A stretch of DNA of 64,000 nucleotides. It comes from Octopus sinensis (Eukaryota). Where the stretch lies: contig NC_043001.1 of assembly GCF_006345805.1 (NCBI RefSeq), positions 32,364,001 to 32,428,000 on the forward strand, given 5' to 3'. The notes under the pieces were generated by a model. The model was not told the DNA's origin, made no database searches, and worked only from the letters and a program-made list of their open reading frames with translations. Every line of letters begins with the position of its first letter. Positions within the stretch are counted from its first letter, which is position 1. The position numbers and the translations under genes were made by a program. Shown piece after piece: positions 12,863-27,541 of the stretch.

Positions 12863-13296
12863 GGATCTTTTCCGTTTGAACGGCAGTTTTTGACATAATT
12901 TCTAGGTAACTAAAAAAATTTTAACTTCGTATGCTGGTAGAATGTGATTATAGAACATCTTTTTCTCTTGGCTTTATTGAGAAAATTCTATAGTTTGTAA
13001 GATATTTGTTGTTTTTTTTCTTCAATTTCTACAATTTCAACCAATCAGTGACGTCTATTGAGCTAAAAAGCATTCTGTGCCGTATGAATATGTCCCTCGT
13101 TTAAGAAACAGATTGGGTTTATTTACATTTGTGAAGAAAAAAAAGATACCCTTCCCCCCACCCCTAACCCTAACCCTAATCCTAACTAACTCTAAAACAG
13201 ATTGAAATGCAATAGATTGATAATAGGGTCATAATCATGGGTGACAATTTCATATGACATCGCTAGAAAAAACTGCCGTTCAAACCGAAAAGATCC
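12863..13296. mobile_element. GG-ended MITE, 8-bp TSD (Merlin-like), copy 1
   Basis: About 28-bp TIR GGATCTTTTCGGTTTGAACGGCAGTTTT. Diverged TSD CTTCATTT/TTTCATTC. Internal (CCCTAA)n at about 13162-13195. Confidence 0.9.
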
Positions 13297-13588
13297 TTTC
13301 ATTCCATCTCAGGGCTAATTTTATATTAAAGAATGGTTTCTGATTGAGGCACAAGACCAACACTACGGTAGGTAAAGGTTTAGACGATTCTTTTGACCCA
13401 GTACTTAACTGGTACTATATATTATCGAATTCGAAAGCTTGAGAGGCAAAGTTGACCTTGAAAGGATTTCAACCTAGGACAATATCGCAAATTTTTGTTC
13501 CGACACTATTTTGCTATTTCTAATGTTGTCACAAGTCTGGAAATTTGATTTGGTCTATTAAACAGATCCCCACAATAACTGAGAAAAG

Positions 13589-13980
13589 ATGTGTGGCTTA
13601 GTGGTTAGTGTGTTGCACTAGAGGTCGTAAGAACGTGATTTCAGTTTCTTCACCGGGCGACGTGCTGTGTTCATGAGCACAACGCCTCATTTACACGTTG
13701 CTTCAGTCCATTCAGTTATAAGCGAGTCGTTCGAGGGTTGCATTCGCAGCCGTAATTTCGTGGTTTTGTTTCCCAGAACAGGCGCTGATTGTGTTCTTGA
13801 ACAAGACAATTCATTTCACGTTGCTCCAGTCCACTCAACTGTGACTGGTTTAGAATGATAGCTAGGAAGTTAACCTTGAGACGCACGGGCATCCCGTTTA
13901 GGTGGAGTGTTGTAATCTCAGTCAATTATAAGTAATAGAAACCAAGTTCAGCTCAGGCCTTATGAGTTTTAGTGCTCATG
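13589..13980 (+). mobile_element. Two degraded SINE family C copies
   Basis: GTGTGGCTTAGTGGTTAG head and two copies of TCATTT(C)ACGTTGCT(C/T)CAGTCCA(C/T)TCA. Confidence 0.6.
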
Positions 13981-14765
13981 GCAGATGTAAGCATTTGAGA
14001 GGTACGTTATTGTTTCGGACACGGGGTGAGGAATGAAAAGTAAGTTTAATCTTGTGGAATGGATGTTACAAAAATTAAAATGAAGGATATGAGACCATGG
14101 AAATCACAAATATATCATAACTGTTCCTCACAGCTTATTTCCTTGCAATTTACTTAAAATTTCGTTGGATATACGCCATTGGTGAATAGGAAACTTAAAA
14201 TGATTGAAAGGTAGTTTACATAAGGAAGCTTGACATGATAATGCATAGGCAAAAACACTGGTCGTGCATGCATGTATAAATATCATTATTCAGTTTTATT
14301 TCAAGTTTTCTTGCCAATAGAGTAAGATCCGGTTCCTAACCTAGATCCAAGGATCCTTCACTGGAATTCCAACGTCAACAACATATTACTTTTGTATGTA
14401 TGTATACGTGCAAATTTGTATGTTTGTTTTATGTATGCCTTCTCATGCATATCTAGATAAGTTCATATATACTTAAAAGATAACCCTCTGAAAAGTTTTA
14501 CAAATGTTTAGTTCAAGTGATGGTTTGGATCTGTAGACTTCGAATCAGCTTTTTCCTTTCTCCCTTTGAGAAACCCAATTTCTCAAGGTTAGTATTTAGG
14601 CAGTGTGTTACATATCCCAGTGCTACACTAATTACGGGTATAAACCTGAACTTGTAATCTGGATAGAGTAGCTGTAAATTCTTCAATAGCTCAGGGTAAG
14701 TATTCTCTTTTTTTGCTGATCTTTAGCTTTATGTTAACATCCGCAGGGTAACAGTCTCTCTACTC

Positions 14766-14767
<2 letters not shown>

Positions 14768-14799
<32 letters not shown>

Positions 14800-15095
14800 T
14801 GTATGTATGTATGTATGTATGTATGTATGTATGTATGTATGTATGTATTAGATTAGAGGTTCGGTAAAAGAGCATCGGTAGTGAATAGATTAAGCACCAA
14901 ACTTAAAAAGTACGTATTGGGACAGATTTCTTCAGCTAAGCATTTCAAGGCTGTGCCCCAGTAAGGCTACAGACCAATGACTGAAATAAATAAAAATTTA
15001 CACATACATACATACATACATACATACATACATACATACATACATACATACATGCATGCATACATACATGCATGCATGCATACATACATACATAT
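14768..15095. repeat. (ATGT)n and (ACAT)n tetranucleotide tracts
   Basis: Direct reading; the two tracts are on opposite strands. Confidence 0.9.
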
Positions 15096-15096
15096 A

Positions 15097-15257
15097 AGTG
15101 CAGGCGGGATTGTGTATCAAGTAGCTTGCTAATCAACCACATGGTTCAGAGTTCAGTCCCACTGCGTGGAATCTTGGGCAAGTGTCTTCTACTATAGCCA
15201 CAGGTCGACCAAAGTCTTGTGAGTAGATTTGGTAGACAGAAACTGGAAGAAGCCCAT

Positions 15258-15259
<2 letters not shown>
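15097..15259 (+). mobile_element. SINE family B, 5' half
   Basis: AGTAGCTTGCTAATCAACCACATGGTTCAGAGTTCAGTCCCACTGCGTGG...GGTAGACAGAAACTG. Confidence 0.85.
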
Positions 15260-15294
<35 letters not shown>

Positions 15295-15609
15295 CCACAC
15301 AAACACACACAGAGCGCGCGCACACATTCATTTGGAACAGACCCTTTACCCTAGTCAATAATGATAATCGGCTGATTGCATTAAGCGGGGGATATAACAA
15401 TATCCTCAGAGAACCCATTTGGTTTGATAAAACTCAGAATTAGGGATCATTATCTGTGATTATGATAAGGTCTTTTCTTTACAGACAAACACACAAACAC
15501 ACAGACACACCTACGTACAAACATATAGACATACATACATACATATATATATATATATCTATATATATATATATACATACACACACACATACATATATTA
15601 TATATATAT

Positions 15610-15641
<32 letters not shown>

Positions 15642-16481
15642 ATAATATCATATATGCATTTGAGCATATATATATACGCAAGTACGCGTAGTTGCTACCC
15701 ACTTTTTGAAAACAATCAAGAAGCGGGGAGGTGGCCAAAATCTATAAAATATTCCCCTGTACCTATTAAATCGTTTTTATGTATCATATGATCAATTTTC
15801 TCTACCGCCGACTCGACTCGCACACTTTTTCTCTCTTTCTATATCCTTTACCTCTCTCCAATTCTCACTCGCAGTCTCTCTCCTCTTTGTTTGTTTGCTT
15901 CCTTCTTTCTATCCTTCCTTCTTTCTATTTGTATGTATATATATATATATAATATATATATATATATTATATATATAATATATATATATATACATACATA
16001 TATATACAGTGTGAGAGATGAGTGAGAGAGAGAGAAAGAAAGAGAAGATAAACAGACAGCTAAACAAACAGAAAGACAGACAGACAGACAGTTAGATAGA
16101 TAGATGATAGATAGATAGATAGAGATATAGATAGATATATAGATAGATAGATTTTCGATACATACTTACTTAAATCACATATGAATATATATGTATATAT
16201 ATATATATATCTATATATAATATATATATATATTATATAACCCTCGCTCTCTCTATATATATATATAGAGAGAGGAGACTACACGCACACACGTATACGC
16301 AAACTGACATACACAAACATATACATACATGTTTACATACATATATACATGTATGTATATATATGATTATATGATAAAAGTGCCAATTCTTTATTATCAG
16401 AAGTATCCGCCGCATTGCATTATTAATCTTCTTGTCGTCATAGAATAAAAGTAGGGTTCTTGTGTGTGTGTTTGTGTGTTT

Positions 16482-16540
<59 letters not shown>

Positions 16541-16737
16541 GTGTGTGTTTGTGTGTGTGGATATGTGTGCACGGTGGAGAAGTGACTATATGCATCTGCG
16601 TGCGTGCTTGTATTATGTCCATATATGTATGTTCGTTTATTTGAATACCAAAATTACTTTTCACCTATTGCTGCAGACAGTGAATACTTTTTCATGTCAA
16701 AACATAGGTAGTGACGACTTTCGCTCATATCCTTAAT

Positions 16738-16880
16738 TGTAAATCAGCGGTTCGGCAAAAGAGACAGATAGAATAAATACTTAGCTTTAAAAAAAAGTCC
16801 TGGTGTTGATTTGTTTGACTAAAACCCTTCAAGTCAGTGCTCCAGCATGACTGCAATCAAATGACAGAAAGAAGTAAAAG
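16738..16880 (+). mobile_element. SINE family B, 3' fragment
   Basis: AGCGGTTCGGCAAAAGAGACAGATAGAATAA...GTGCTCCAGCATG. Confidence 0.75.
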
Positions 16881-17245
16881 AACAAGAGCACTCAGAGAGC
16901 GCAAACTTCCGCCAAGGCAACACCAACGGCCTCTCAACGATTATCGGGAGAGGATTTTTTAAATGAGAATATCTGAAATAAACTCGACTGCTCTCGCAAA
17001 CGATAATACTAAAAGTGAACCCGACTGCTCTAAAAAAATTAAGTGAAAAAAAAAGGGAAAATAATCTAGAATCCTTGTCCGGTACTGGGTCGGTCCCAAA
17101 ATCTAATCAGTTCGTGCCAGTCACGAGGTCAAACATCCATGAAAGTTTCATTCGAATCCATCCAGTGGTTCTTGAGATATCTTGTCCACAGACAAACAAA
17201 CACAACTGAAAACAATACCTCCGCTTTAGCGAAGGCGGTGGTAAT
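16881..17245 (-). mobile_element. Non-autonomous Helentron/DINE-1-like (HINE-like) element
   Basis: On the minus strand: 5' hairpin ACCACCGCC-TTCGCTAAA-GCGGAGGT, then GTTTGTTTGTCTGT microsatellite, then 3' sub-terminal inverted repeat TTGGCGGAAG ending ...GAGTGCTCTTGTT. No TSD seen. Confidence 0.6.
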
Positions 17246-18626
17246 AAAAGAATACAAGAATAACTATATGTAAGCTCTGTATTATAATTTATTATGGACA
17301 CAGAGTTAAATATTTGCAAATAATTGTCACAAATTTATAATTTATTCAATGCACTTTTTGGGTAACTCAAAAGATGGCCCATAGTAAGATATTAATTCAA
17401 AACTCTGGGGTGCCATATCAGCTACCATATTAGCTAAGTAATTTCCGCTATAGTCATGTGAGTTACTCTATGTCTTTATATTTTGGCTCTATACTCAGTA
17501 TGTGTATATTTAGAGTACATAAAAGTGTGTATGTGTGTGTGTATGTGTGTGTGTATGTGCGTGTGTGTATGTGCGTGTGTGTTTGTGTCTATAGTTGTTG
17601 ATTCCTTTTAGAAAAGGGACAAAGTCCTATATATTTGAAAACACGCAAAGAACGAAGTGTATAGCAACCGTCATAATTCTTTTGAAAGACAGAAGAAGAG
17701 GAATGAAGCGAAATAACTTCAACTAGTAATTAAAACTTTATTAAAGTCTCCACTCCAAAATAAAACTCTCCCGCCATTTCTGGTTGTTGTTGCTTGTTAT
17801 TCACCATCTCTAGGTGGGCCATGAACGAGCTGAACAATGATAAAAGGTTTTCCTCATGTGACTCTCCTGTCTTTACTTCAACGATTCACTTCTGTAATAC
17901 GCCATATCTGCAGGGTTCTCTCTATATGATATATATTTACCCTTCTCTTGGAAGACTACAACGTGACACATAAGTGACATTCTGAAGGACATTTTGCAGC
18001 ATATAGAGACGACTAAAGATGTAGCAGTAATATTGTAAAATCTTAGCGTTATGACGAGAGGCACGCCATCCGTGACAATCCAACATATTAGTATTCGATA
18101 TATTTGTTTAGATATTCCTAAGTTGACAGGATACGAGTAGAGAAACTTCGTTATTTCTAGCTTGTAGAACAGCAATAACGTAAGGGTTTTCTGGTTCGCC
18201 CGTAAGGAATAATGTAGTGTGATGTTGTATCATTGATGCCGTTCCTTACGCGAGTTTCAATAAGTTTCCAAACAACAGTTATCTCACATCTGGTTATGTT
18301 CGATTTCTGTTTTAAAGACTGAATTTTAAAAGCAGAACGTTGTATGTCTCGTGACTTGACATTCTCAAGGACAATTATTGCATATCTACAGTTATATAAT
18401 TGTACATTAAGAATAAATGTCATTGACACGCACACACACACACCACACACTTATACATATACACATACACACACACACACACACATTTATACACAAACAC
18501 ACACACACACACACACAAAAACGCGCGCGTGCTCAAACACACATACAAACATACATTTACATATGGAATATTTTTTGCGGTGGGTGGTGTTGTTTCATCA
18601 GCATATTATGAATGTATATGTGTATG

Positions 18627-18684
<58 letters not shown>

Positions 18685-19692
18685 TATAATATATATATAT
18701 GTATATATATATATATTTATATAGTATATTTATAAGTTTTATATTTATATGTGCGTGTTATGTACGCGTGTGTGTATGTACGAATCTGTGTCTGTGTGTG
18801 TGTCTGCCTGTGTGTGTGTGTGTTTGTATGCTTGTATGTATGCACAGACATGCATGCAAGCATATATATATAGACATACATACATACATACATACATACA
18901 TACATACATACATACATACAAACGTACATATGTGTATATGGGGTATACGGGTCTTTGTGTGAAAGAGAAAGGGAAAGAAAGAGACTGGGATACAGAAATA
19001 AGAAGAGATAAGTTTAAGATAATCTTTATAGCATGGCTGTGTACTTATAAATACAGCTATTATAGAGTATACCGTTGCTTATTATACTGTTAGAAGCAAG
19101 TGCAACTTGAGCCTTCTACGTATCTTAACATCCTGATGTATTTGCCAAGACAATTAGGAACGTTTTAGAAGGTATGCTTTTCATATTTAATGCATAATTT
19201 TTTTTTCAGTTTGATATAAATATCTTCATACTTGACCAGATGTTTTAAAAAGAAATATATGTTCACAAAATAAAGAGAACCGCAATGCAGTTTCAACACT
19301 TGAGTGAAGTTATTTCATTTCACATAACCCACAGAGGTCCCAAGAGCAAAAAAATAAGAAAAAGGAGAAACGGAATACGAAACTCTTACAAAATCCTAGT
19401 TCTCCACTTTATGTGGGGATGAAGAACATGAATAATTAATACGTATTTATATATAAAGAGCTGTGATGTAGATGATGCTGTAGAGCGTCAGTCAAAATAT
19501 ACACTTTGTGTAATATTTCAGTTGCTTACTGAGATGAAAAAAAATGGTGAGATAGGCCTTTCCTTTCATCTGCCTAATAAATCTAGAGTCAATCAAGTAA
19601 GTACTAGTCATATGCACGGGTCGAAACAATCGATTATAGTTGTTCCCAATATCCCCCCCAACCCAGTATTTGCTACAATAAAAGTATCAATG

Positions 19693-19694
<2 letters not shown>

Positions 19695-19784
<90 letters not shown>

Positions 19785-19975
19785 TATAATATATTATATA
19801 TATATATTATATATCTATATATATATATGTAGCATATACATATATATAATATATATATCTTTATATATATATATATATATATGTATGCATATACATATAT
19901 ATATATATATAATATATTATAATATATATATATATGTATGCATATTATATAATATACATAATGTATGCATATATA

Positions 19976-20010
<35 letters not shown>

Positions 20011-20188
20011 CATACATATATATGTGTAATATATCATATATATATATACATACTATACCTCCATATATATAGATGTATATATATCCATATATATGTATAT
20101 ATATATACATATATATAGATATACAGACTACATATACATAGATACGTAATACAACCACACACACACACACACACAACACACATATATA

Positions 20189-20221
<33 letters not shown>

Positions 20222-20230
20222 ATATATATA
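19695..20230. repeat. Long (TA)n-rich microsatellite
   Basis: Direct reading. Confidence 0.95.
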
Positions 20231-20325
20231 CACGCGGGGTTGCAAAAAAGTTCCTGACTTTGGGTTAAAGAAAATACAGATGGGTCAGTTAATTATGATT
20301 TTATTGAACATATTCCTCTCTCTCT
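20231..20325 (+). mobile_element. Mariner-type terminal fragment
   Basis: TA-CACGCGGGGTTGCAAAAAAGTTCC resembles mariner TIR starts. No partner TIR seen. Confidence 0.35.
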
Positions 20326-21915
20326 GAAAGATGCAGCATATTGTTGTAGGTGTGAGTGCAGGGATCAATGTACTTCGCATTTAATTCATTCAAGAGTTAT
20401 AGAATAAGAACGGGGCATCGACACGATTCAGTTATAAGGAATATGATGTTCTCCATGCAAATGTTATGGCCTTGTCAAAATTTGAGTAACGAGAGCTCTG
20501 TCATTTTGCGATGGTCCAGCACTTTGGTCATCTTGTCAACTGTCGTCGAAATCAAGTTCACAAAACGATTTTGATTCTTTATTGAATCCATGTCGTTTAA
20601 TTAAATCTATTATGTCCCGGGAAAGTGCAAAATTTTCGCAAATAAACACTTAATTCATTAAAATTTACAAACGCCCTCTTAAACTACTTAGAATTACAAC
20701 AAATATCACGAATGACGATGAGGGGGAAGAAAAAGGTTAATTGGATGGAACAATATGAATTCATTTATTGTTATAAAATTATATATTTTTATATAATTAT
20801 GTGACATAATTTTATGAAGAAATACATAAATATATCGAAAAAAATAAATGCATTTGAATAAAGAAAAATATGATAAAAAGACTGATAAAAAACTTCTTTT
20901 TAATGTGACAATCATAGACAGCATAAATCGTCAGCTGATTTTGTCGGAAGACAGAAGTAACTAAGCGATAAGTTAATAGGAGCAATATCATACAAGTGTG
21001 TGGGAGAGCGGTAGAAGAGAGGTGGGGGTTTTAAGCGCGTGCTATGAGGAGGGTGGAGCGGAGAGTGAGGAGAAGAAGTGAATAGAGAGTGGAGAGAGAT
21101 AAGACATGATGGAGAGGAAGAAAGAAAATGCAGTGCGGATATGAGAGAGACTGTGTTATGAGGGAGAGAGTGTTGAATAATGATAGAGATATACAAACGA
21201 GACAAATAGATATGTATAGAAATATATATATATATAATATATATAGAGAGAGAGAGAGAGAGTGAGAGAGAGAGATGGAGAGAAGGAAAGGAGAAGAGGG
21301 AGAGAGAGACAGAGAGAGTGAGGGAGATGGAGAGAGAAGGAAAGAGAGAAAGGTTGATGTGAAATGAAGAGATGCAGCGAAGAAAGAGTATCAGTGATGC
21401 AAACACACACACACAAACACACACACATTCACACACACACATAACACACACACATGCACACACAGACACACAAACGCAATGACACACACACACACACACA
21501 CATACATGCAAGCACAAGCAGACATAAGCGTAGGTATGTATGTATGTATATGTGTGTGTGTGTGTGTTTGCATGCATACATACATATATATATATATATA
21601 CACACATATACATAAATATATGTATTCGTATGTATTTATATGTACATGTGTGTGTATAGAAAGAGAGAAGAAGAGAGAAAAACAGGGTGGCGGGGTGGGA
21701 AGTGAGGGAATAATCAACCGAGACAAAAAGCTAGGTATTTTGCATGTGTGTGTGCGTGTGTGAATGTGTGTGTGTGCGCATTTGCGTTTGTGTGTGAGTG
21801 TGTTTGTATGTGTGTGTGTGTGTATATTTGTGTGTGCGTGTGTGTCTTCGCATTTGTGTTTGTGTATGAGTGTTTGCGTGTGTGTGTGTGGGTGTGTGTT
21901 TGTGTTTGGTGTGTT

Positions 21916-22015
21916 NNNNNNNNNNNNNNNNNNNNNNNNNNNNNNNNNNNNNNNNNNNNNNNNNNNNNNNNNNNNNNNNNNNNNNNNNNNNNNNNNNNNN
22001 NNNNNNNNNNNNNNN
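21916..22015. other. Assembly gap (100 N placeholder)
   Basis: Exactly 100 N, flanked by GT and TA microsatellites. Confidence 0.99.
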
Positions 22016-22565
22016 ATATATATATTAATAGTATATATACATATTCCATATATAAATGTATGTACGTATATATATTCTATAGTTGTATATCTATGTATAT
22101 GTATACATATATGTATGCTCACAAAAATATAATTTCTTCTATCTATATCCGTATCTATTTATATATATATCTATATAATATATATATAGATATATACATG
22201 ATATATTTTATATATATGATATTGTTATATATATATATATATATATACATGATATAGTTTATATATATATATGATATATTTTACATATATATTATATATA
22301 ATTATACTTAATTTATATATATATATATATATCTATTGCACATATGTGTATGTATAAATATAGGTATTTATGTGAATGCTTTTGAGTGTAGCTATGCGTG
22401 TCTCTGCGTATCTGTGTGAAGCTATGCGTGTCTGAGTGTGTATGTGTGTTTGCCTGGTCATTGAACTTTTAAGCTATTCAGTTACCGCTACGAGTCACGA
22501 GTTGTGGTTTGTTTCAACAAGGCACGTGTTCACCCCAATCCTGTACATGAACATGGTAATACTGC

Positions 22566-22596
<31 letters not shown>

Positions 22597-24419
22597 TTTT
22601 ACATCAATATATATATACCAACACACACACTCTCTACAGAATGACATATTCTAATGTCTATCATTTATACATAACGTCATTGAAAATTACACACATGCAC
22701 TCTGATATACATATAAATTTCATACACTCTAAGTTGATATATATGTCATCACATACATACATGCATAGCTTCATATATGATAAAATACTTACATACAGAT
22801 AAATAAATAAATAAATAAATAGAGAGATGAACAGAAAGATAGATAGATAGATAGGTAAATAGATGGGTAGCTCTATATATATATATATATAAATATATAT
22901 GTGTATGTATGTGTGTGAGTATTTGTGTGTCAGTGTGTCTGTCTACTTTTATGTGCGTTAGTACATTATGTGTAGCTTGTGCACTTACGTGCATGATATC
23001 TGTGAATATGTTTACGCAATTGTATGAATGCCGTGTAAAGTTTTCGCTGATTAGTACATGGAGCTAGACACCAGATTCTACATACCCCTACAGGACATTA
23101 CACCTCATTAAACACAGCTCCTAATTTACCCTCCACCAGCCCTCGTTGAATTCTTAAAATTACCCCTTTTCTATGTGAAGTGTTTGTGATGTGTACGAGG
23201 CTGAAATAAATGCCCTTCAGGTTGTGAACCCGTGATCTAGAGAAAAAGCTGGAACCAGTGTCCGAAATAAATGTATTATCTCTGATTTATAGTAAAAAAA
23301 ATCACTTGTATTTCTATCGTTATATTATACCCATCCTTGTATCACCCTTGTGGCTAATAATGGAGATTGTTTAAAAATTTTAACTGATGCCATTATTAGA
23401 TTCTTTTTCTTTAATATATCTATATATATATATATATAAATGAATAAAATGATCTAGTATGTAATAGATCGTTTATATATATCCCATACGGTTTTGTGAT
23501 AGTTTGAAAAAACGCCAGCATTAACCATCCCAGTACATAAATAGACATATCTCCTGATATTTCGAAAAATATACGACTAACAAAACATAAATAAACAATT
23601 GAAATATAATTAAAATATATAAATAAAGATATGCTTATGTCTTCATATACATACACATATATACATGTATATTTATCTATCAGCATATATATATATATAT
23701 ATATGATGTCTTCATGCATACACATACATACAAAGTCACATATAAATATAATAATAATTATGAATAAAAAAAAATATTAATAACAAAACACAAAGTAAGT
23801 AGAACTATTTAAATATATAAAAATATGTATACAAATATATATTTTTTGGGGGTTTAAATTGTACAGGAGACAACACATTGCCGCATTTAGTTTGAAATCT
23901 TACCTGTAGTTTTAATCATGTGCTTTTCTTGTCCTTCTGCTATTGTTGTTGTTGTTGTTGTTGTAGTTGTTGTTGATATGCTATTGTTGATATAAGTGCT
24001 GTTTGTGTTGTTAGTATTAGTAAATTGGTTTTTTTATTTTTTTAAAATTTTTGCTTAAGCTATTTCTTCTTCTTTTTTTAAAAAAATCTTTCTCTCTTTC
24101 TCTCCTTCTCTCTATCCCTTAAACACCACACTTTTTTACACTTTCAATCTCTCCCGTATTCCTTTTTTTTTTCTTCTTCTTCTTTCATCTGATCTCTTTC
24201 ATCTTACCTCATCTGCCTCCACTCTCTCTCTCTCTCTCTTTCTTTCTCTCTCTCTTTATCCATCTCTCTTCTTCTCTCCCTATCCCTCTCTCCATCATGC
24301 TTGTCACATTTTCCAAGTTCTTTTTTTCTTTTCCTTTTTTTTTTTTTTTTCTTTTTCTCGTTTTCTCTTCCTCTGTCACTCCTTTCTCGTTTCACTTCTT
24401 TCCTTCCTCCTTCCTTCCT

Positions 24420-25091
24420 TCCTTCCTTCCTTCCTTTTCTCTCTTATTAATTGCTGATAATTTTCATAACGTTAATAATGTTGATGCCGTTAATTCTTCT
24501 TATAATTCATCTGTTGTTGTTGTTGTTGTTCTTGTTCTTCTTCTTCTTGTTTTACGTCTTCCCGCATTTCAAACGTTTTCCTTGTCACCACTTGTCGTCG
24601 GTGATGTTATTGTCATCGCAAATGTTGTTCTTGCTGTTTTCATCGTCGTTTGCTTCTCGTCGTTATTGTCGTCGCCGCCGCCACCGTCGTCGTTGTAGTT
24701 ATTGTCATTGTTATTATCGTCGTTGTCGTTGTTGTTGTTGTTGTTGTTATTGCGGAAGAGACTGAAGATGACAGCGACAATGATGACAGCAACGATAGTG
24801 TTGGTGATGATGACGGCGATGTTGACAACGATGACGGCGTAAATGATGATGATAACGGCAATGACAACGACGATGAAAGGGGCAACGGCGAGCAGATGAC
24901 CACTGCGTTGATGAAAACGATGACGACGAAGACGATGACGGCGATGATGATGATGATGATGATGATGATGAAGATGATGATGAAGACGAGGAGGATGAAG
25001 AAGACGATGACGACGACGACGACGACGATGATGTCGACGATGACGACGGCGATGATGATGTCGACGATGAGGACGATGAGGACGACGACGA

Positions 25092-25150
<59 letters not shown>

Positions 25151-25340
25151 TGGACGTCGTTATGGAGAGTAATGAAGATTTAAGAAGAAGAAAGAAACAA
25201 TATAAAAATATATATAAAAATTACTACGACGGAGTTAATAGTGCCCGGGATTGCATCAACGGCGATGACAACGGCGATGACAACTGCAATGACAACGGCG
25301 ATGACAGCCACGGCGACGACAATGGCAGTAAGGTGTGTTA
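24420..25340. repeat. Mixed trinucleotide low-complexity block (GTT/CTT/GAC/GAT)
   Basis: Direct reading. Confidence 0.9.
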
Positions 25341-25966
25341 GCTTTCCAACAACTTTTATGTTAGTGTGTGGTATGGAAGCGCTGTTAGCTGTTTCCCCCC
25401 CTAAAATAAATGACAGCTGACTAGAGAACCAGCTCCAGCTGTATATACATACATGTATATATATAGATATATATGGTTGTGTATATATGTATATATATAT
25501 ATATATCTATATATATATATATATATGCGTGTGTGTGTATATATGTGTGTGTGTATATATGTGTGTGTATATACAGTGTATATATCAGAAAACACTATGG
25601 GTACACTCTATTCCATCGTTAGAGCTGGACTACTAATATCTCTCTTTCGTTACACTCAACACCTCTCTCTATCTCTCTTTCTTTCTTTCTTTCTTTGTTT
25701 CTCTCTCTCTCTATCTATCTCTCTCTCTCACTCACTCCTTCTCTCTGTCTTTCTCTCTGCGTATTAGTTCATCTGTGTGTATGTGTGTGTGTATATGTTT
25801 GTGTGCGTGTGTGTGTGTGTCTGTGTGTGTGTTTGTGCATTTATGTGCATCTGTTGAAAGCGGTAAGAGTGCAGAACGTATGTCTGCATCCGTACGCCTG
25901 TCCGTATGTGTCTAATTGCCCCCCTGCATGTGTGTGTGCGTGTGTTCGCGTGTGTATGTGCATGTA

Positions 25967-26014
<48 letters not shown>

Positions 26015-26147
26015 GCTGTTTGTCTGCCAGCCTGTGTGCCTGCATTTTTCCCCTCTTCCTTCTTCTTCTTCTTCCTTCTTCTTTTTCTTCTGGATGAGAG
26101 TAGCACATGATTGCATGATCGAGGAGTTTCGATTTGTAACGTCAGAG

Positions 26148-26149
<2 letters not shown>

Positions 26150-26178
<29 letters not shown>

Positions 26179-26494
26179 AGAGCAACAACAACAACAACAT
26201 CGACGAAGATGACGACAACGACGACGATGATGACATTAAAAAAAAAAAACTAAAACAATGACAACTTCGACAATAATGACGTTGACATTACGAGGATGGA
26301 GTTAGAGATGATGATGACGACGGCAGTGGTGGTGGTGGTGGTGGTGGTAATACAGGTGAAATTGATGGTGATGATGATAATGATGATGACGATGGAGTTG
26401 GTGGTGGTGGTGGTGCTGGTGGTGATGTTCATGATGATGATAATGGTTATGGTGATGATGATGGTAATGATGATGATGAATGATGATGATGATA

Positions 26495-26529
<35 letters not shown>

Positions 26530-26566
26530 AATGATGATAGTAATGATGATGATGATGATGATGATA

Positions 26567-26601
<35 letters not shown>

Positions 26602-27504
26602 AATGATGATGGTGATGATGATGATGATGATGATGATGGTGATGATGATGGTAATGATGATGATGATGGTGATGATGATGATGATGATGATGATGGTGAT
26701 GATGGTGATGATGATGATGGTAATGATGATGATGATGGTGATAATGGTGATTATGATGATGATGATGATGATGATGGTGATGATGATGGTGATGATGGTG
26801 ATAATGGTGATGATGGTGATGATGATGTTGACGAAGATGATGATGAAGGTGGTGGTGATGGTGAAATTGATGGTGATGATGAAAATGATGATGATGATGA
26901 TGATGGTGGAGGTGGTGGAGATCGTTGTGGAGCTATTGATGGCGGTGGCTGATGGATGTGTGATGAAGGTGAAGTTGGTAACAGTAGTGATGATAATGCT
27001 GATGTGATGGTGATGGGGGAGGCAGGTAGTGATGGTAGAAATGATGATGATGCCGGTAACAGTAATGATCATGTTGGTGATGGTGGTGGTGGTGGTGGTA
27101 GTGGTGGTGGTGGTGGTGGTGGTGATAGTGGTGGTGGTGGTGGTGGGGATGGTAACGCTAACGGTGACGCCGGCGACAACGACGACGATGATGACGATGT
27201 TGATGATTATGATGATGATGATGAAGATGATGATGATGAAGATGATGATGATGATGATGATGATGATGGTGGTGATGGTGGTGGTGGTGATGATGATTGT
27301 GGTGGAGGAGTTGATGATGATGAGATGATGATGATGATGATGATGATGATGGTGCTGGTGGTGGTGGTGAGGATGATGTTGGTGGTGTGGTGGTGTGTGG
27401 TGGTGGTGGTGGGGATGGTACGCTAACGGTGACGCCGGCGACAACGACGACGATGATGACGATGTTGATGATTATGATGATGATGATGAAGATGATGATG
27501 ATGA

Positions 27505-27541
<37 letters not shown>

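Noticed and set aside
13162-13195. True telomere or fusion scar from CCCTAA repeats
   Set aside because: Only 3-4 units, and always at the same position inside a MITE.
14589-14695. Candidate exon ending at a strong GTAAGT donor
   Set aside because: Stops in all three frames; no evidence beyond the motif.
17873-18450. Two minus-strand ORFs of about 100 aa in complex sequence
   Set aside because: No motif recognised; possibly an old transposon remnant, but this cannot be supported.
21391-22257. ORFs spanning the N run
   Set aside because: They are artifacts of translating through an assembly gap.
24650-25183. Acidic 177-aa ORF resembling a biomineral or disordered protein
   Set aside because: It shifts between poly-V, poly-D, poly-M and poly-T as the repeat phase slips, which is typical low-complexity DNA.
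26302-27444. 380-aa His/Ile/Thr-rich ORF and overlapping Asp/Met/Gly-rich ORFs
   Set aside because: These are translations of (ATC)n/(ACC)n repeats that lack stops in several frames at once; there is no domain and no splice support.
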